NCBI RefSeq assembly: GCF_964194155.1
Contig: NC_135886.1
Span: 5,146,001-5,210,000 of the forward strand
Direction of reading: 5' to 3'
DNA from: Cetorhinus maximus
Taxonomy: Eukaryota
Length of the DNA stretch: 64,000 nt
Position numbers and translations under genes: made by a program. Below are positions 13,478 through 26,340 of this stretch, piece after piece; positions within the stretch are counted from its first letter, which is position 1, and each line of letters opens with the position of its first letter. Under the pieces are notes generated by a model, which searched no databases, was not told the origin of the DNA, and was given only the letters and a program-made list of their open reading frames with translations.

Positions 13478-13735
13478 AACAACAATTTGCATTTATATAG
13501 CAATGTAGTAAAATGTTCCATGGCTTTTCACAGGAGTATTATCAGACAAAATTTGACACTGACCCACATAAAGAGGTATCAGGACAGGCATCAACAGCTT
13601 AGTCAAAGAGAAAAGTTTAACAGAGTAACTTAAAGAAGGAGAATAGTAGAGATGTGAGAAGGTTTAGGGAAGAAATTCCAGAATTTAGGGCCCAGGCAGC
13701 TGAAGGTGTGGCAGCCAATGGTGGAGTGAAATAAA
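13478..13735 (-). mobile_element. L2-like LINE 3' end
   Basis: Tail aacaatttgcatttatatagc; reverse-complement similarity to 15130-15497 and direct similarity to 61910-62275. Confidence 0.65.
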
Positions 13736-14063
13736 TCTGAATTCTCGGCACAGTTTAGATCATGAAGGTTAATGTTACAGTAACAAAATTAATTCTGACA
13801 CTGACTGCAAGAGAATCATTTATTTCACCATCACAGTGTGAAAATCCTAAGGATTAAACGATCATAAAATAAAATAAAACTGTATGCACAAAGTTGAAAC
13901 ACCCCAGCATGCAAATGGCTAAAATTTAGAAAACACTGCATAACAAATAATGCAAAATATGCTTTTCTAACATGTTAGAAAAGGCTAAACTTTCCAATGT
14001 TTTCCACCACTGGCGGTTGAGGTGGGGGGGGGGGGTGGTGGTTTGCATCACATCATGTTCATG

Positions 14064-14181
14064 GGGCGGAATTTTACACCAGTGGAATTTTACAGTCCCA
14101 TCGAAGTCAACGGAGTTTAGAATGGCTCGCTGCATCTTATGGCACCATCCCTGCCACTATGGACCAGTGAAATTCCAGCCC
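14064..14181. mobile_element. Small Harbinger-type MITE
   Basis: TIRs gggcggaattt / aaattccagccc; TSD atg. Confidence 0.7.
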
Positions 14182-14207
14182 ATGTCTGCTGTAAACTAAT
14201 TGTTGGA

Positions 14208-14421
14208 AACAAAAACAGAAACAGAAATACCTGGAAAAACTCAGCAGGTCTGACAGCATCGGCGGAGAAGAGCAAAGTTGACGTTTCGAGTCCTCATGAC
14301 CCTTCAACAGAACGTCAACTGTGTTCTTCTCCGCCGATGCTGCCAGACCTGCTGAGTTTTTCCAGGTATTTCTGTTTCTGTTTTTGTTTTGGATTTCCAG
14401 CATCCGCAGTTTTTTGTTTTT
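14208..14421. mobile_element. Young Penelope-like pLTR inverted pair (hairpin) with minimal hammerhead motif
   Basis: Two nearly perfectly complementary arms; exact 14-bp TSD aactaattgttgga (14194-14207 and 14422-14435); minus-strand gtt-CTGTTGA...GAAA-cgTC-aac at 14276-14313. Confidence 0.85.
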
Positions 14422-15129
14422 AACTAATTGTTGGAGATTGATTATGATTAACCAACAATTCCATTATCATTATATTGTGGGCTGGCCAGGGTGGTGGAAG
14501 ACTAACTAGGTGGGTCTCGCTCTCCCTTTTTTCTAGTAATTCCTATGTTCCTAAACTCAGCCCCCCCCCAGGCCACATTATATCACTTGCAGACCATGAA
14601 AACTGAGTGTGTATTGACTGCATAGTCTTTAACTGACTCTGATAAGTGTCAAGTAAGCCCCAATACTGTCTTTCTTTTGTATCCATAAAACAATCAAGAG
14701 CTTATTACTTTGTCACTTAACCATTGGGCAAACAGAGGAGCAATGAATCCCAGTCTGACTTGCACTGGGTCACCCCTGAGCCTTGTAGAGGATAGCACTC
14801 ATTGCATAAATGTTGAATCACACTGGAACCCAGGGGAATGCATTTCAGTCAACACACATCATCACAAAATTGTCTTACCACTGCAAACAGTGATGATCTG
14901 CTGTTAAGTAGGGTAATGGTGAATATTACAAGTGGTTTTAGGTGAGGATGTTTAGCTATTGTAGCTCTAGAATGTGGTTGATGTGCATAATACTGCACCC
15001 AAAGTATGGTATGAAAGCTACATTTCCCTAAAGCTTATAATTAAACATGTAGCAAAAAATAACTTAACAATTACACTTTTAAAAAATTCACTTCTTTCAC
15101 TTCAAGTTTTTTTCTGGTTTCTTTTTAAA

Positions 15130-15497
15130 TTCTCATCCTTGTCTTCAAATCTCTCCGTGACCTCATGCCTCCATATCTCAGTAACCTCCTCAAGCCCCAT
15201 AACCTCCCGAGATACCTGCATTCCTAAGAATCTGGCCTCTGAGCATCCCTCATCTTAATTGCTCCACCACTGGTGAGGCCATGTCTTTGGTTGCCTGGGA
15301 ATTCCCTCCCGTCAGCTCCCTGCCTCTCTACCTCTCTTTCCTTCTTTAAGATGCTTCTTAAAACCTACCCCTTTTGGTCATCAGCCCTAATATCTGCTTA
15401 TGTCAAAGCCAAATTTTTCTTGATAAAGCCCCTGCGAAACACATTGGGATGCTTTACTGAGTTAGAGGTGCTATACAAATGCAAGTTTATGTTGTTG
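15130..15497 (+). mobile_element. L2-like LINE 3' end
   Basis: ggaattccctccc...ctctacctctctttccttctttaagatgcttcttaaaaccta...gtgctatacaaatgcaagtt tail. Confidence 0.65.
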
Positions 15498-15984
15498 CAG
15501 TGGCATTCATTTGAGATGCTCATAATAGGTGAAATCACATTGCAGATCACTCCTATTTCTTGAGTTTTTACCAGTGACGGGGATAATTTTACAAATTCAT
15601 GCTCATGGCAAGGAACATTGCTTATAGGGTGCACATTTCTGACCAATCATTTTAATTTCCAATGCACTCAGGACTCCTCACTGATACCACAGACCTTTAA
15701 GGATCCAGCTGTACAGTTGACTGATGGCTAAAAATTGGCAAAATTGACTTGGCACACATATAATTATAACGATACCTACACCAGAATTGAAAACAAAACA
15801 AAAAGAAATCAATCTTACATATTTACTGAGGCATTATTGCTGTACATAAACTAATACAATGTACAGGACTGTGAGGTTGTATGTTAGAAAAATGTTTTTT
15901 CATTTATGAGTCTGTCCTTGAATCCAACTCAAACTAATTGAAATATGATCTCTTCTCCTTGTATACTATCAACCATAAATACTA

Positions 15985-16600
15985 TCAACATCCTGGGGGT
16001 TATGATTTGTCAGAAACTGAACTGGACCAGTCATGTAAATACTGTGGCTACAAGAGCAGGTCAGAGGCTGGAAACTCTGAAGTGAGTAACTCGCCTCCTG
16101 ACTCCCCAAAGCCTGTCCACCATTTGCAAGGCACAAACCTACAACGCTCGAGAAACTTGATACATCCTGGATAAGGCAGCTTGCTCGATTGGCACCCCAT
16201 ACACCACCTTAAACATTCAGTCCCTCCACCATTGACACACGGTAGCAGCAGTGTGTGCCATTTACAAGATGCACTGCAGCAATTCACCAAGGCTCCTTTG
16301 ACAGCACCTTCTAACCATGTGACCTCTACCACCTAGAGGGACAGGGACAGCTGATACATGGGAATGTCACCACCCGCAAGTTCCCCTTCAAGCCACATTC
16401 CATCCTGATTTGGAACTATATCACCATTCCATCATTGTTGATGGGTTGGAACCCTAAAGCTCCCTTCCCAACAGCACTATGGGTGTACCTACACCACATG
16501 GACTGGAGTAGCTCACCACCACCTTCTCAAGGGTAATTAGGAATGAGCAACAAATGCCCTGCTTCCCAGCAATGACCACATCCCTTGAAAGGATACATTT
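15985..16600 (+). mobile_element. LINE 3' end (CR1/L2 group), degraded RT C-terminus and 3' UTR
   Basis: Translates to QKLNWTSHVNTVATRAGQRL; 3' tail matches 4082-4392 and the SINE tails. Confidence 0.7.
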
Positions 16601-17094
16601 AAAACAATACTCGAAGGGTTTGAGTTTGATTAGCCTTAGCCTAGTGCACAACACCCGTTTTTCAGCACTTGTTGACAATTCGTTGGCAGTTAGGCCAACC
16701 AAGGGGTTGCTGGATGCAAATGGAATTGGTGAAGGAGGAAGTTGCCTTCGGAGTCTAAGGGGTGAATTTCTTCAGCGCTGTTGCTTCATCAGGAAAATTG
16801 TTCATGCACGAGAACAAGAGTTTTCCATTGAACCTCTGCCGAAGTTGCACTAGTGGAATGGGGGAAACACCCAGGAAATTCAAGAACAATTTAAGCTGGT
16901 GTTGATGCTGAAAGGGCCATTCATTCTACATCATTGACATTCCTCATCTAGGGGAAACGTCTACCTAAACTTCACCAGAACAACAAAAGCACAATCTCGC
17001 ATATGGCAATCGGACATTTCTCATTATTACACTAGTGCAGATATACGTAAAAAAATGCTCAGAGTATACCAGTTCAAATGCATTTGTCATTTAC

Positions 17095-17131
17095 CTTAGT
17101 AATCCCTTGTCCTTAGTAAGTGACTTTGGAG
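17095..17131 (-). CDS. Gene A exon 3: short stalk exon
   Basis: ttttgaacag|CT...CTAAG|gtaaatga; 37 nt, phase 1 to 2; APKSLTKDKGLL; homologous to gene B exon 3. Confidence 0.85.
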
Positions 17132-17443
17132 CTGTTCAAAATGATGTACAAAAATATTATTTGATAATTTACTAGCCTCATGTTACAGATTCATTATCAA
17201 GATACATTTGCAGTGATTGCTGATTGAAATTCTGCATTTGATAGAATGATCAAAACATAGCACATGGTTTTACAATATTGTCTTACCTTTTAAACAAAAT
17301 TTTAACACCTGACAGAGAAATCAGGATCTTGGAGATTTTGCAAAATATTTACCAAGGTCTGCATCAAATTATATAAACCTATTGTATAATATAAATATAT
17401 CATTAAATATATACACACAGATAAACATATATTTGTGTCCTAC

Positions 17444-17779
17444 CTTGAACAACGTTAAGTTTTATGGGACTTAGTAGATCCAGATTGTGGTGTCTTGCTA
17501 TTCCACACCAGTACCACCCCTTATCGTTTTCTGTTATTCGCTCCATATATACTATAAGTTCTCCTTTTGTATTATCAGCTCTCACTTTTATTCTGCCGTC
17601 TTGGCTTTTCCTTTCAGAGCCTTGGGTTTGCACTAAAACATTACAGCTCCTCTGGTAGTAGCCTTTGCACCAATACTTCTGATAATCGCGATAAGATGTG
17701 TCGAAATCGCATTTGAGTTCGACTGATTCTCCCACTGTGGCATCTTTTGAGTTTGGCCCAGTTATTGAAGCGTGCGTAA
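17444..17779 (-). CDS. Gene A exon 2: V-set Ig domain, CD300/pIgR (CMRF35-like) family
   Basis: cacacttacag|TT...CAAG|gtagga; 336 nt, phase 1-1. B-strand Cys, YxKYWCKG followed by a second Cys (extra C-C' disulphide typical of CD300/pIgR/TREM), DGRI, DxGWYWCGI. Confidence 0.95.
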
Positions 17780-18627
17780 CTGTAAGTGTGAAAATATAAT
17801 AAACTTTAAAGTTAAACATTTCAGAGAAGCATAAATAAATTAAAATTTGTTCCTTTCTCTCTTAAGTGTTCAACTCATTTGTTTTTCCTGGGACCTTTGG
17901 CTCTTTGTTGGCTTTCCACTCCGTTATTCTCTCTGGCTGGCTCCCTCATTGTTTTGTCAGCAGCTGTCTGTTTTTTATTCACTAACTCACCCTTTGGCTT
18001 CAGTATTGCCCCTCGTATCTATGTGCTTGTTAGCAGTTTACCAAGTTTTGTTTCTTTCACATGTTTAATGGCAAAGGCACAGCAAGAAACTTAAATGTGC
18101 TGGGTTGGCGAAGGGGATTTGGATCAGACATTGGTGGGGAGAGGGCTACTGGGAGATTCCAAATTGCACATGGATTTCAAAGAAGCTGTGGGTAGGGGCC
18201 TCGTTGGAACATCTGGGGGTAGAGTTTGTCCTGGGATCCAAAATCGCATTCTGGACCAATTGAAGTTGTAATGGGTCTAGAGTTCAAAATATGCCCAAAA
18301 CTCTTGCAACTGGTGCAACATATATGCATGAGACTGAAACAGGTGGCGTAAATTTCAGTAGGAGTGAGAGGCTAGATAGTAGAGCAGTGAACCCATATTT
18401 TTCGAGAATGGGACAAGGTATGGGGAAAGTGGCAAGAGATTAGAGTTTGCCCCTGGGGCTAAAAGTGGAAAGCTCATGATAGTGAGAGTTATTGTGTTAG
18501 AGGAATGCTGCAAGGGCATTGAGTGTATGGTTAGGTACATGATCGACTCTTAGTGCGAGTGCTAAAATGAGGCACCAGCTGATTTCCTTGATCCTGCTGT
18601 TTCTCCAGTTTAATTTTGAAAAGCACT

Positions 18628-18671
18628 GGGGGTGGTGGGGGTTGGGGGTGGGGGGGGTGGGGGGGGGGGGG
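18628..18671 (+). repeat. G-rich tract (G-quadruplex-capable)
   Basis: Several runs of 4 or more G in 44 nt, inside a probable degraded MITE. Confidence 0.7.
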
Positions 18672-18807
18672 CAACAAATCTAATAGCCCCAAATTAGTGT
18701 GAGGCGATCTGCCTTATGCTCCAAATCTTTAGCACCACTGTACCATAACATTGGACTTTTGGTGTGAGGCTTTAGAAGCTTCATATTATGTTGTTGTTGC
18801 ATGATTA

Positions 18808-19858
18808 CAACACAGAAGGAGGCCATTCAGCCCACCGTGACTGTGCTAGCTCACTGCAGCTCAGCTAGTCCCACTGCTCCACCCTTACCTCATAGTCCTG
18901 CAATTCGTTTTCTTTTTAGATAATTATCCAGTTTCCTTTTGAACGTCTCCAATACGCTGTCAGCTAGTGCTTTCTAGATCCTCACCACTTGCTGCATAAA
19001 AAAGTTTTACACCATGACCTTTTGCGTTCATTAACTCTTGCGTCAATGGGTATAGTTTCTCTATATGTGCTCTGTCTAGACCCCTCATGATTTTGAACAC
19101 CCCTCTCTAACCTCTGCTCAATCTTTCGAAGGGGAACAGCCCTAGCTTCTCCAATTTATCCACGTATCTGAGGTCACTTAACCCTGTAAATGTTTTGTGC
19201 ATTCTCTCAAATGCCTTCACATCCTTTCTAAATCCTGATGCCCAGAATTGGACATGAGTTGAGGCTGAACCAATGTTTTCTTAAGGTTCAGCATAACTCC
19301 CTTGCTTTTGCACACTATGCCTGTAATTATGAAGGCTAGGATCCTGTATAGCCTTATAATCACTTTCTCAACCTTCCCTGCCGCAGTCAATGATTTGTAC
19401 ACATTTACCCCCAGGTCCTCTGCTCCTGCAACACCTTTAGAATTGTACACTTTATTTTATATTGCCTCTCCTTGTTTTCCCTATCAAAATGAATCACTTC
19501 CCACTCTTCTGCATTAAATTTCATTTGCCAATTGTCTGCCCATTCCATCATACTCTCTTATTGAAGTCTATCACTATCCTCTTCACAGTTCACAAAACTT
19601 CCAAGTTTTGTGTCACCTGCAAATTTTGAAATTGTGCCTGTCACACCCAAGTCTGCATCGCATAAATCAAGGAAAGTAGTGTAAGAACACCGACTACTGT
19701 GGAACCCCTTATATACCTTCCTCCAATTTGTAAAACAGCCATTCAGTGCTGCTCTGTTCCCTGTCACTCAGCCAACTTCGTATCCATTCTGCCGCTGTCC
19801 CTTTTATTCTACGGACTTTCACTTTGCTGACAAGCCTGTTATGTGGTACTTTATCAGA
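18808..19858 (-). mobile_element. CR1 LINE 3' fragment, degraded
   Basis: ISKFAGDTKLG (RT ADD motif variant) and GIVCKSKGVMLNL; 3' tail gaaggaggccattcagccc. Confidence 0.85.
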
Positions 19859-20039
19859 CTAAGAGATAATGAGAAGGTATGTTGTAGCAGGACATAAGAC
19901 TTCAGACATGCAGAACAATAGGACTGAAGCCATTTTGCTGTGAAGAAGGCAATGGAACTGGCATAACAGAAACCAGAATTTGGTGGGAGGGAGGGAGTAG
20001 AGACAGATCTAAAATGATTAAGTTGGCCCTGCAGGGGAA

Positions 20040-21963
20040 GAAACATAGAAACATAGAAAATAGGAGCAGGAGTAGGCCACTCGGCCCTTTGAGCTTGCTC
20101 TGCCATTCAATATGATCATGGCTGATCCTCCATCTCAACGCCATACTCCCGCTCTCTCCCCATACCACTTGATGCCTTTAGAGTCCAGAAATCTATCTAT
20201 TTCCTTCTTAACTATATTCGGTGACCAGCCTCTGTGGTGGAGAATTTCATAGGTTCACCACCCTCTGAGTGAAGAGGTTTCTCCTCATCTCAGTCCTAAA
20301 TGGTCTACCCCATATCCTGAGATTGTGACCCCTTGTCCTAGACACCACCCCCCCGCCAGAGGAATTATCATCCCTGCGTCCAGTCTGTCCATCCCTGACA
20401 GAATTTTATGTGTTTCAATGAAATCTCCTCTCATCCTTCTAAATTCCAGTGAATATAGGCCTAGTCGGCCCAATCTCTCCTCATATGACAATCCTGCCAT
20501 CCCAGGAACCAGTCTAGTGAACCTTTGCTGTACTCCCTCTATGGCAAGTATATCCCTTCTTAGGTAAGGAGACCAAAACTGCACACAATACTCTAGGTGT
20601 GGTCTCACCAAGACCCTACACAGCTGCAGGAGGACATCCTCGCTCCCTTATTCAAGTCTTCTCACAGTGAAGGCCAATATACTATTTGCCTTCTTAACTG
20701 TTTGCTGAACCTGCATGCTTGCTTTCAGTGATTGATGTACAAGGACACCCAGGACCCTTTGTACATCAACATTTCCCAATCTATCACCATTTAAATAATA
20801 CTCTGCCATTCTGTTTTTCCTACCAAAGTGGATGATTTCACACTTATCCACGGTATACTGCATCTGCCATGTATTTGCCCACTCACTCAACCTGTCTAAA
20901 TCACCTTGAAGCCTCTTAACACACTCATCAGTCACATTCCCATCAAGTTTTGTGTTGTCAGCAAACTTGGAAATATTTCATTTGGTTCCCTCATCCAAAT
21001 CATTGATATATATTGTGAATAGCTGGGGCCCAAGCACTGATCCCTGCAGTACCCCACTAGTCACTGCCTGCCACTCCAAAAAAGACCCATTTATTCCAAC
21101 TACCTGTTTCCTGTCTGCTAACCAATTCTCAATCCACGCCAATATATTACCCACAATCCAATGTGTTTTAATTTTACACACTAACCTCTTATGTGGAACT
21201 TTATCAAAAGCTTTCTGAAAATCCAAGTACGCCACATCCATTGGTTCTCCCTTGTCTATTCTGCTAGCCATGTCCTCAAAAAACTCCTGTAGGTTTGTCA
21301 AACACGATTTCCCTTTTATAAATCTATGTTGACTTTGTCTAATCCTGTTGATATTTTGTAAGTGTCCTGTTATCACATCCTTTATAATAGACTCTAGCAT
21401 TTTTCCTACAACTGATGCTATGCTAACTGATCTGTAATTCCCTGTTTGCTCCCTCCCTTCCTTTTAAATAGAGGGGTTACAATTGTTATCCTCCAATCTA
21501 TCGGGACTATTCCAGAATCTACAGAATTTTGGAAGATGACAACCAACCCAAGCACTATTTCCAAGGCCACCTCCTCTGGGATGTAGATTATCGGGCCCTG
21601 GGGATTTATCGGCTTTCAGTCCCATTAATTTCTCCAGCACTATTGTTTTAGTAATACTAATTTCCTTCAATTCCTCCTTCTCACTAGACCCTTGGTTCCC
21701 TAGTATTTCTTGGAAGTTATTTATGTTCCTCCATGAAGACAGGACTAAAGTAGTTGCTTCATTGTTCTGCCATTTCCTTGTTCTCTATTATAAATTCTCC
21801 AGATATGGACTGCAAGGAACCTACATTTGTATTCACTAATCTTTTTCTCTTTACATACTTATCGCTTTTATGTTCTTTGCAAGTTCACTCTCATACTCTA
21901 TTTTTCCCCTCTTAATCAGTCTCTTGGTCCTTCTTTGCCGAATTCTAAACCACTCCCAATCCT
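20040..21963 (-). mobile_element. CR1 LINE, 5'-truncated, frameshifted RT
   Basis: ORFs with [44 protein letters not shown]; 3' tail (aaacatag)2. Confidence 0.95.
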
Positions 21964-22347
21964 GGGACAGATGGAGTGGGAATAAATGAGAGAGTGAATA
22001 AGTGGTACATTTGTAAAAGTTTTGGTTGGGAGGTATACCTGGAAGATTTTGTGAGATGTGGTCTGGAACATAATTTAAATGATAGGAGTTAGACGTGGTG
22101 TTTTGCAGAACAGTTTGTTCCTTCTCAATCATTCTTGGATTTCCCCTTATTGGGTTCAACAAACAGTAAGTGAGGCTGTTTGTGTGGTTAATTATAACAT
22201 CTAGATCCATGTTCGAATCAGACCTTCTCAGCAAGTTGCTGCTGTTCCAGGCACTGATGCAACAGACTGTAGTAATGGCTGGTGAATGTGGGTTACACCA
22301 AAGTGCAATCTGAGGGGTTTTCAGGAACACCAGAGAGCGCTGTATCA

Positions 22348-22890
22348 TCTCTCCTCTCTTAGGCAGTCCCTCAGGATTGAGGATGACTTGCTTCCACTCC
22401 AGTTTGACGGGTTCTGAGATGGCTAATAAGTCCAGTGAGAGATCTGCAGAGGCTGCCCCATGCAGAGTAGGTTGTGCTTCACGGGTTGGGTTGATGTGTT
22501 GTTTGGAGGTTTGTGTGCTCCTTCTGATGCCTTGACTTCGCCTCTTCACATCCTTGACCAAATCTCTTGATCGTGCTTGGTGCCTTCTTGAACAAACCTT
22601 CTCCATTTTAGTTGGTCACAAGCCAGGGTTTCCCATGAGCCAGCAGAGATGTTTGACCTCTTCAGGGGTATTTTGAAGACTCCCTAAAGTCTTTCCGCTA
22701 TCGGCCTGGGGGCTTCCTGCTGTGACCAAGTTCTGAGTGGAACAGTTGCTTCTGGAGATTGGTGCCGGGCATACGGACGGCATGTCCAACCCACTGGAGC
22801 TGGCTTTGAGTGGTTAACGTCTCAGTGCTAGGCAAGTTAGCTTGGGAGAGGGTGCTGCTGTTGGCATTGAAAGGAGGTGTATCGACCACA
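22348..22890 (-). mobile_element. RTE-clade LINE 3' fragment
   Basis: QLQWVGHAVRMPGTNLQKQLFHSEL resembles the RTE RT C-terminal QLRWxGHxxRM motif. Confidence 0.75.
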
Positions 22891-24613
22891 CCTGAAGCTC
22901 ACTACATCCTGTGTCATCTTTACAACGCACACGGGTGAAGTCTATGGGGTGGTTTTGGTTTGGTTTTTTTCTTCTGTGGTGATGTAGACCTCAGTTCTGT
23001 ATCTTAGTTTCTCAATAATTAAAAAAACCTAAATGGACGATCCATAGAAAGAACACTTCACCTTACCTATAAAGCAGCAATTATTTATTCATTATTTTTG
23101 AATTGATTTTCAAGTTATTGAAGTCTTCTTCTATCCTGACTTCTTGAGAACTTCTCATCTATGTATTTTGCCTCGATGTTGTGACCCCTGTCCCAACTTT
23201 ATTTAAAGTGGGTCTGCAATGCTCTGGGTCTTTCAGGGCATTGGAATGAATCCCGCTTACATTTAGGTGAAGGTAGTAGAACCAGGGATAACGGAGAAAG
23301 AACGATGACACAATGTATGTGTCTGCCATTCTTTAAAGGCCACTGTTGCATTTCATATTTTCTGATGGAGGGAGCTTCACTGGATTATATGGCTGGGCAG
23401 AGGAAAATGGCAGTGCAAGACCCCCAGTGCGGCGAGGGAGTTGGGGTGGGTAGTGGTTTCTTTTACGTAAGTAAGAAGTCCATTTCTGGTGGAGGTCTTG
23501 CAATACCGCGCTGGAAAGGGTGGGGGTTGGGTTGTGGGGGAACTGCTCCACAGACATATAGAAGATTGGAATGGGGCCAAAATGGAGTCCTCTTGTTTGT
23601 TAAGCATATCCCAATAGTGCAAAATATAAACAAACATTACTTGTTATCAATCGTGCAAATATTTCATTACTCAAAAAGAGTCATTTAAATAAATCAGTCA
23701 GAACTATAACTAAGAAGTCAGGAGTTTGCAACTGTTGCACTGATTAGTTGCAAGATTCTGCCTATTTAACACAAGCGGTTGAAATTCCCCTTTTAGTCAA
23801 CACGAGCATAAAGCTGCATTGCTCTGGTTAGAAATGTGGTGACATGTCTATTTGAAACCCCAAAGACAGGAATTTCTCACCAGGTCAGATTTTGATGCCA
23901 CTTTGCATAGGAAAGTTTATTCAAATGTTGGTGATTAAAATCTCAACGTTAGTAACAGTGACTAAAACATATAACAAGAATTTTTAAAAACTTCCTCCTT
24001 CTTTGTTTTGGTATTTATGGGAGTTACAGGAGGTGAAACTGATTACAATATAATATCTCATTTTCACTTAATATTCTTCCACATTTTGCGGATATGTTGA
24101 TGTTAAACAAACCTCTGCATTAAGCTCTAACTCAAAATTTGTTGATATTTCTCATTTAAAATGCTGTAAATAATGAGAATGATCAATTGAACAAGCCAGC
24201 ACATTTAAAGAGGCTTGATCAGCACTAAGTGTAAAGTCCAGTTGTTACAAATTCAACATGAGCAGAAAGATAATCTGTCTGATCAGAAAATTCACCACTT
24301 CCAGGTTTGGATTTTTAGCTTCACACCAATCAAGACTTAAGAAAATGATCATTAAAGCAGGAGGCTTGAGTTTGTTAAAATGAGGTTCCATTGTATTAAT
24401 TGTTGTGTGAAATAGGAGACATGTATTTATCCTTTTCTCAAAAGACAATCAATGCTGATCTTGAATAATAATTGTGGCTTGTCAAGCAGAAGATATTTCT
24501 TAGCTGGTGAACAATGTCACAAGGTTTTCATCAGGATTACATTTCTGGTCAGACTGACGTAACTACACATTTCTATTACTTTCAAAATCCAAAGGAGACC
24601 AATATTTTCTTAC

Positions 24614-24653
24614 CTGATAGGAAAGCAACGGACAGGAGAAGGGTAAAACCCAT
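24614..24653 (-). CDS. Gene A exon 1: signal peptide of inhibitory CD300/pIgR-like receptor
   Basis: ATG MGFTLLLSVAFLS+G|gtaaga; 40 nt, phase 1, same length as the gene B leader; joins exon 2 as VTHASITGP. Confidence 0.85.
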
Positions 24654-25179
24654 TGTTTTAATGTTTTACAACTAATGTTCCACACACAGATCTTTACTTC
24701 AGTGGCCCTGCTTCTGTACTGCAGCATCTAACCACTCATTTCCTTCCCTTTAACGCTCGTGAGATCATGAGCACGACTATTGCTGAGAATAGAAAGGACA
24801 GTTTTCAGTTGTGACACCCTCAGACCTTACAACATGTCTAGTTTGAATAAATAAGTACCAATGCATTCATGGTACAACACTCTGGTGCTATATAAAAGCC
24901 TAATTGTTTTATTTCTTAGTGTTGTTTGAAGAATTGGATCAACTGTTTAATTGTTAGTGACAGAATGATTGTTGTGGGTAGTGTTAAAATTGTACAGCCT
25001 TTTGCAATCTCTATTAAACCATTTAGATTCTGTACAGTGTATTCCATAAAATGTGCTTTGTGATGTGTTTAATTCGCTTCTCGCCATTTTCCTCCTTGGG
25101 ATAATTTATCCAAAATTAGATGCACAGCTTCAATACTCCGAAAGCCTTGATGGGAGTTTTTAGAAAGCAAAATGCACAG

Positions 25180-25614
25180 GCTGTGTCAGCTGCAGCATTC
25201 TCACATTTGTGTCAAAAGGCTGTAGTCCCACTCCAGGACTTGAGCACAGAAATCAAGGCTGATGCTCCAGTGTAGTACCGTGGGAGTGCTGCACTGTCAG
25301 AGGTGAAGTTTTTTTGGATGTGACTGCCCTTCCTGCCCTTTGAGATGGCCGTAAAAGATCTCATCGCACTTTGTGGGAGATACCCCCAGTGTCCTGGATA
25401 ATATTTATCCCTCAATCAACATCAGAAATACAGATTATTGGTCATTATCACATTACTGTTTGTGGGAGCTTGCTGTGTACAAGTTGGCCGCAGTGTTTCC
25501 TACATTATAACAGTGACTATGCTTCAATAAAAAGTGTTTAATTGACTGCAATGTGCTTTGGGATGTCCGGTGATAACGAAAGGTGCTATGTATTTAAGTG
25601 CCAATCTTTCTTTT
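25180..25614 (+). mobile_element. Deu-domain SINE (SacSINE1/AmnSINE1-like)
   Basis: Deu core: gtgtcctggataatatttatccctcaatcaacatc...gtcattatcacattactgtttgtgggagcttgctgtg; L2-type tail. Confidence 0.8.
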
Positions 25615-26340
25615 CCATTTACAACAGTTAACCCTTAGATTTATCTATTGTTAATCGGCAGAAGTTGTGTTTGATTTTTTAAATTGGAATTCAAGCGATA
25701 GAAATGCGACTTTTATGTGATATAAAATGACTAACAAGGAAACATGGAAAAGCTACTTTGACATTGCAGCAAAGTGAATTAATTCCCTGCCATTATTTAG
25801 CTGGCACTAGTCCTTGAGTCCAAATCTGCACCATGTGATTAAAGCCTCCTTTCAGTCCGAGCTCAAAGTAATGTGCCTGAAATGCGTTTGACAGACGACA
25901 CCCACAGTTTCTGGCTCACAACTTGAAATGACTTGTGCTTCAGTACACATTGGCGCTGAGTGGCTCAGCTTCAGATCACATGAAGTTTTTCCTGCCGTAA
26001 AAGACATAAAATCGAATCATGCTTACACAATAGTCAATCAGCATTGGAGGTTGAAGATAGGGGGGGCGGAATCGTCCCAGGTTTGCACAAAGTGCGATAG
26101 TGGGCGGGTAAAATGACGTTTAATCCGTTGGCTGCAACGGCAGCTATTTCACACTGTGTCGTCCCAAACCCGTAGCATTAATTATGCCTTCCCCAGGAAA
26201 CATGCTGTCTCCATGGCCGGCAAGATCTCATTCGCCCGCCACACCATCACCTCGCTGCTTCATTACACCGGGCACCATATTTTAAGTCCAGCCGGGCGCG
26301 CACATCTCAGTTCTTCCAGCCCTGGACTACTGCAGGAAAG

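Noticed and set aside
14137-14423. Mirror-image ORFs on both strands (KNRNRNTWKNSAGL)
   Set aside because: Artefact of the Penelope-like inverted repeat.
21851-22606. 251-aa minus-strand ORF
   Set aside because: Chance frame spanning an RTE 3' end, unique intron sequence and a CR1 5' edge; no coherent domain.
23074-23213. Possible cryptic exon in gene A intron 1 (TAG|gtaagg donor)
   Set aside because: Poor polypyrimidine tract, stop codons, no similarity to the family.
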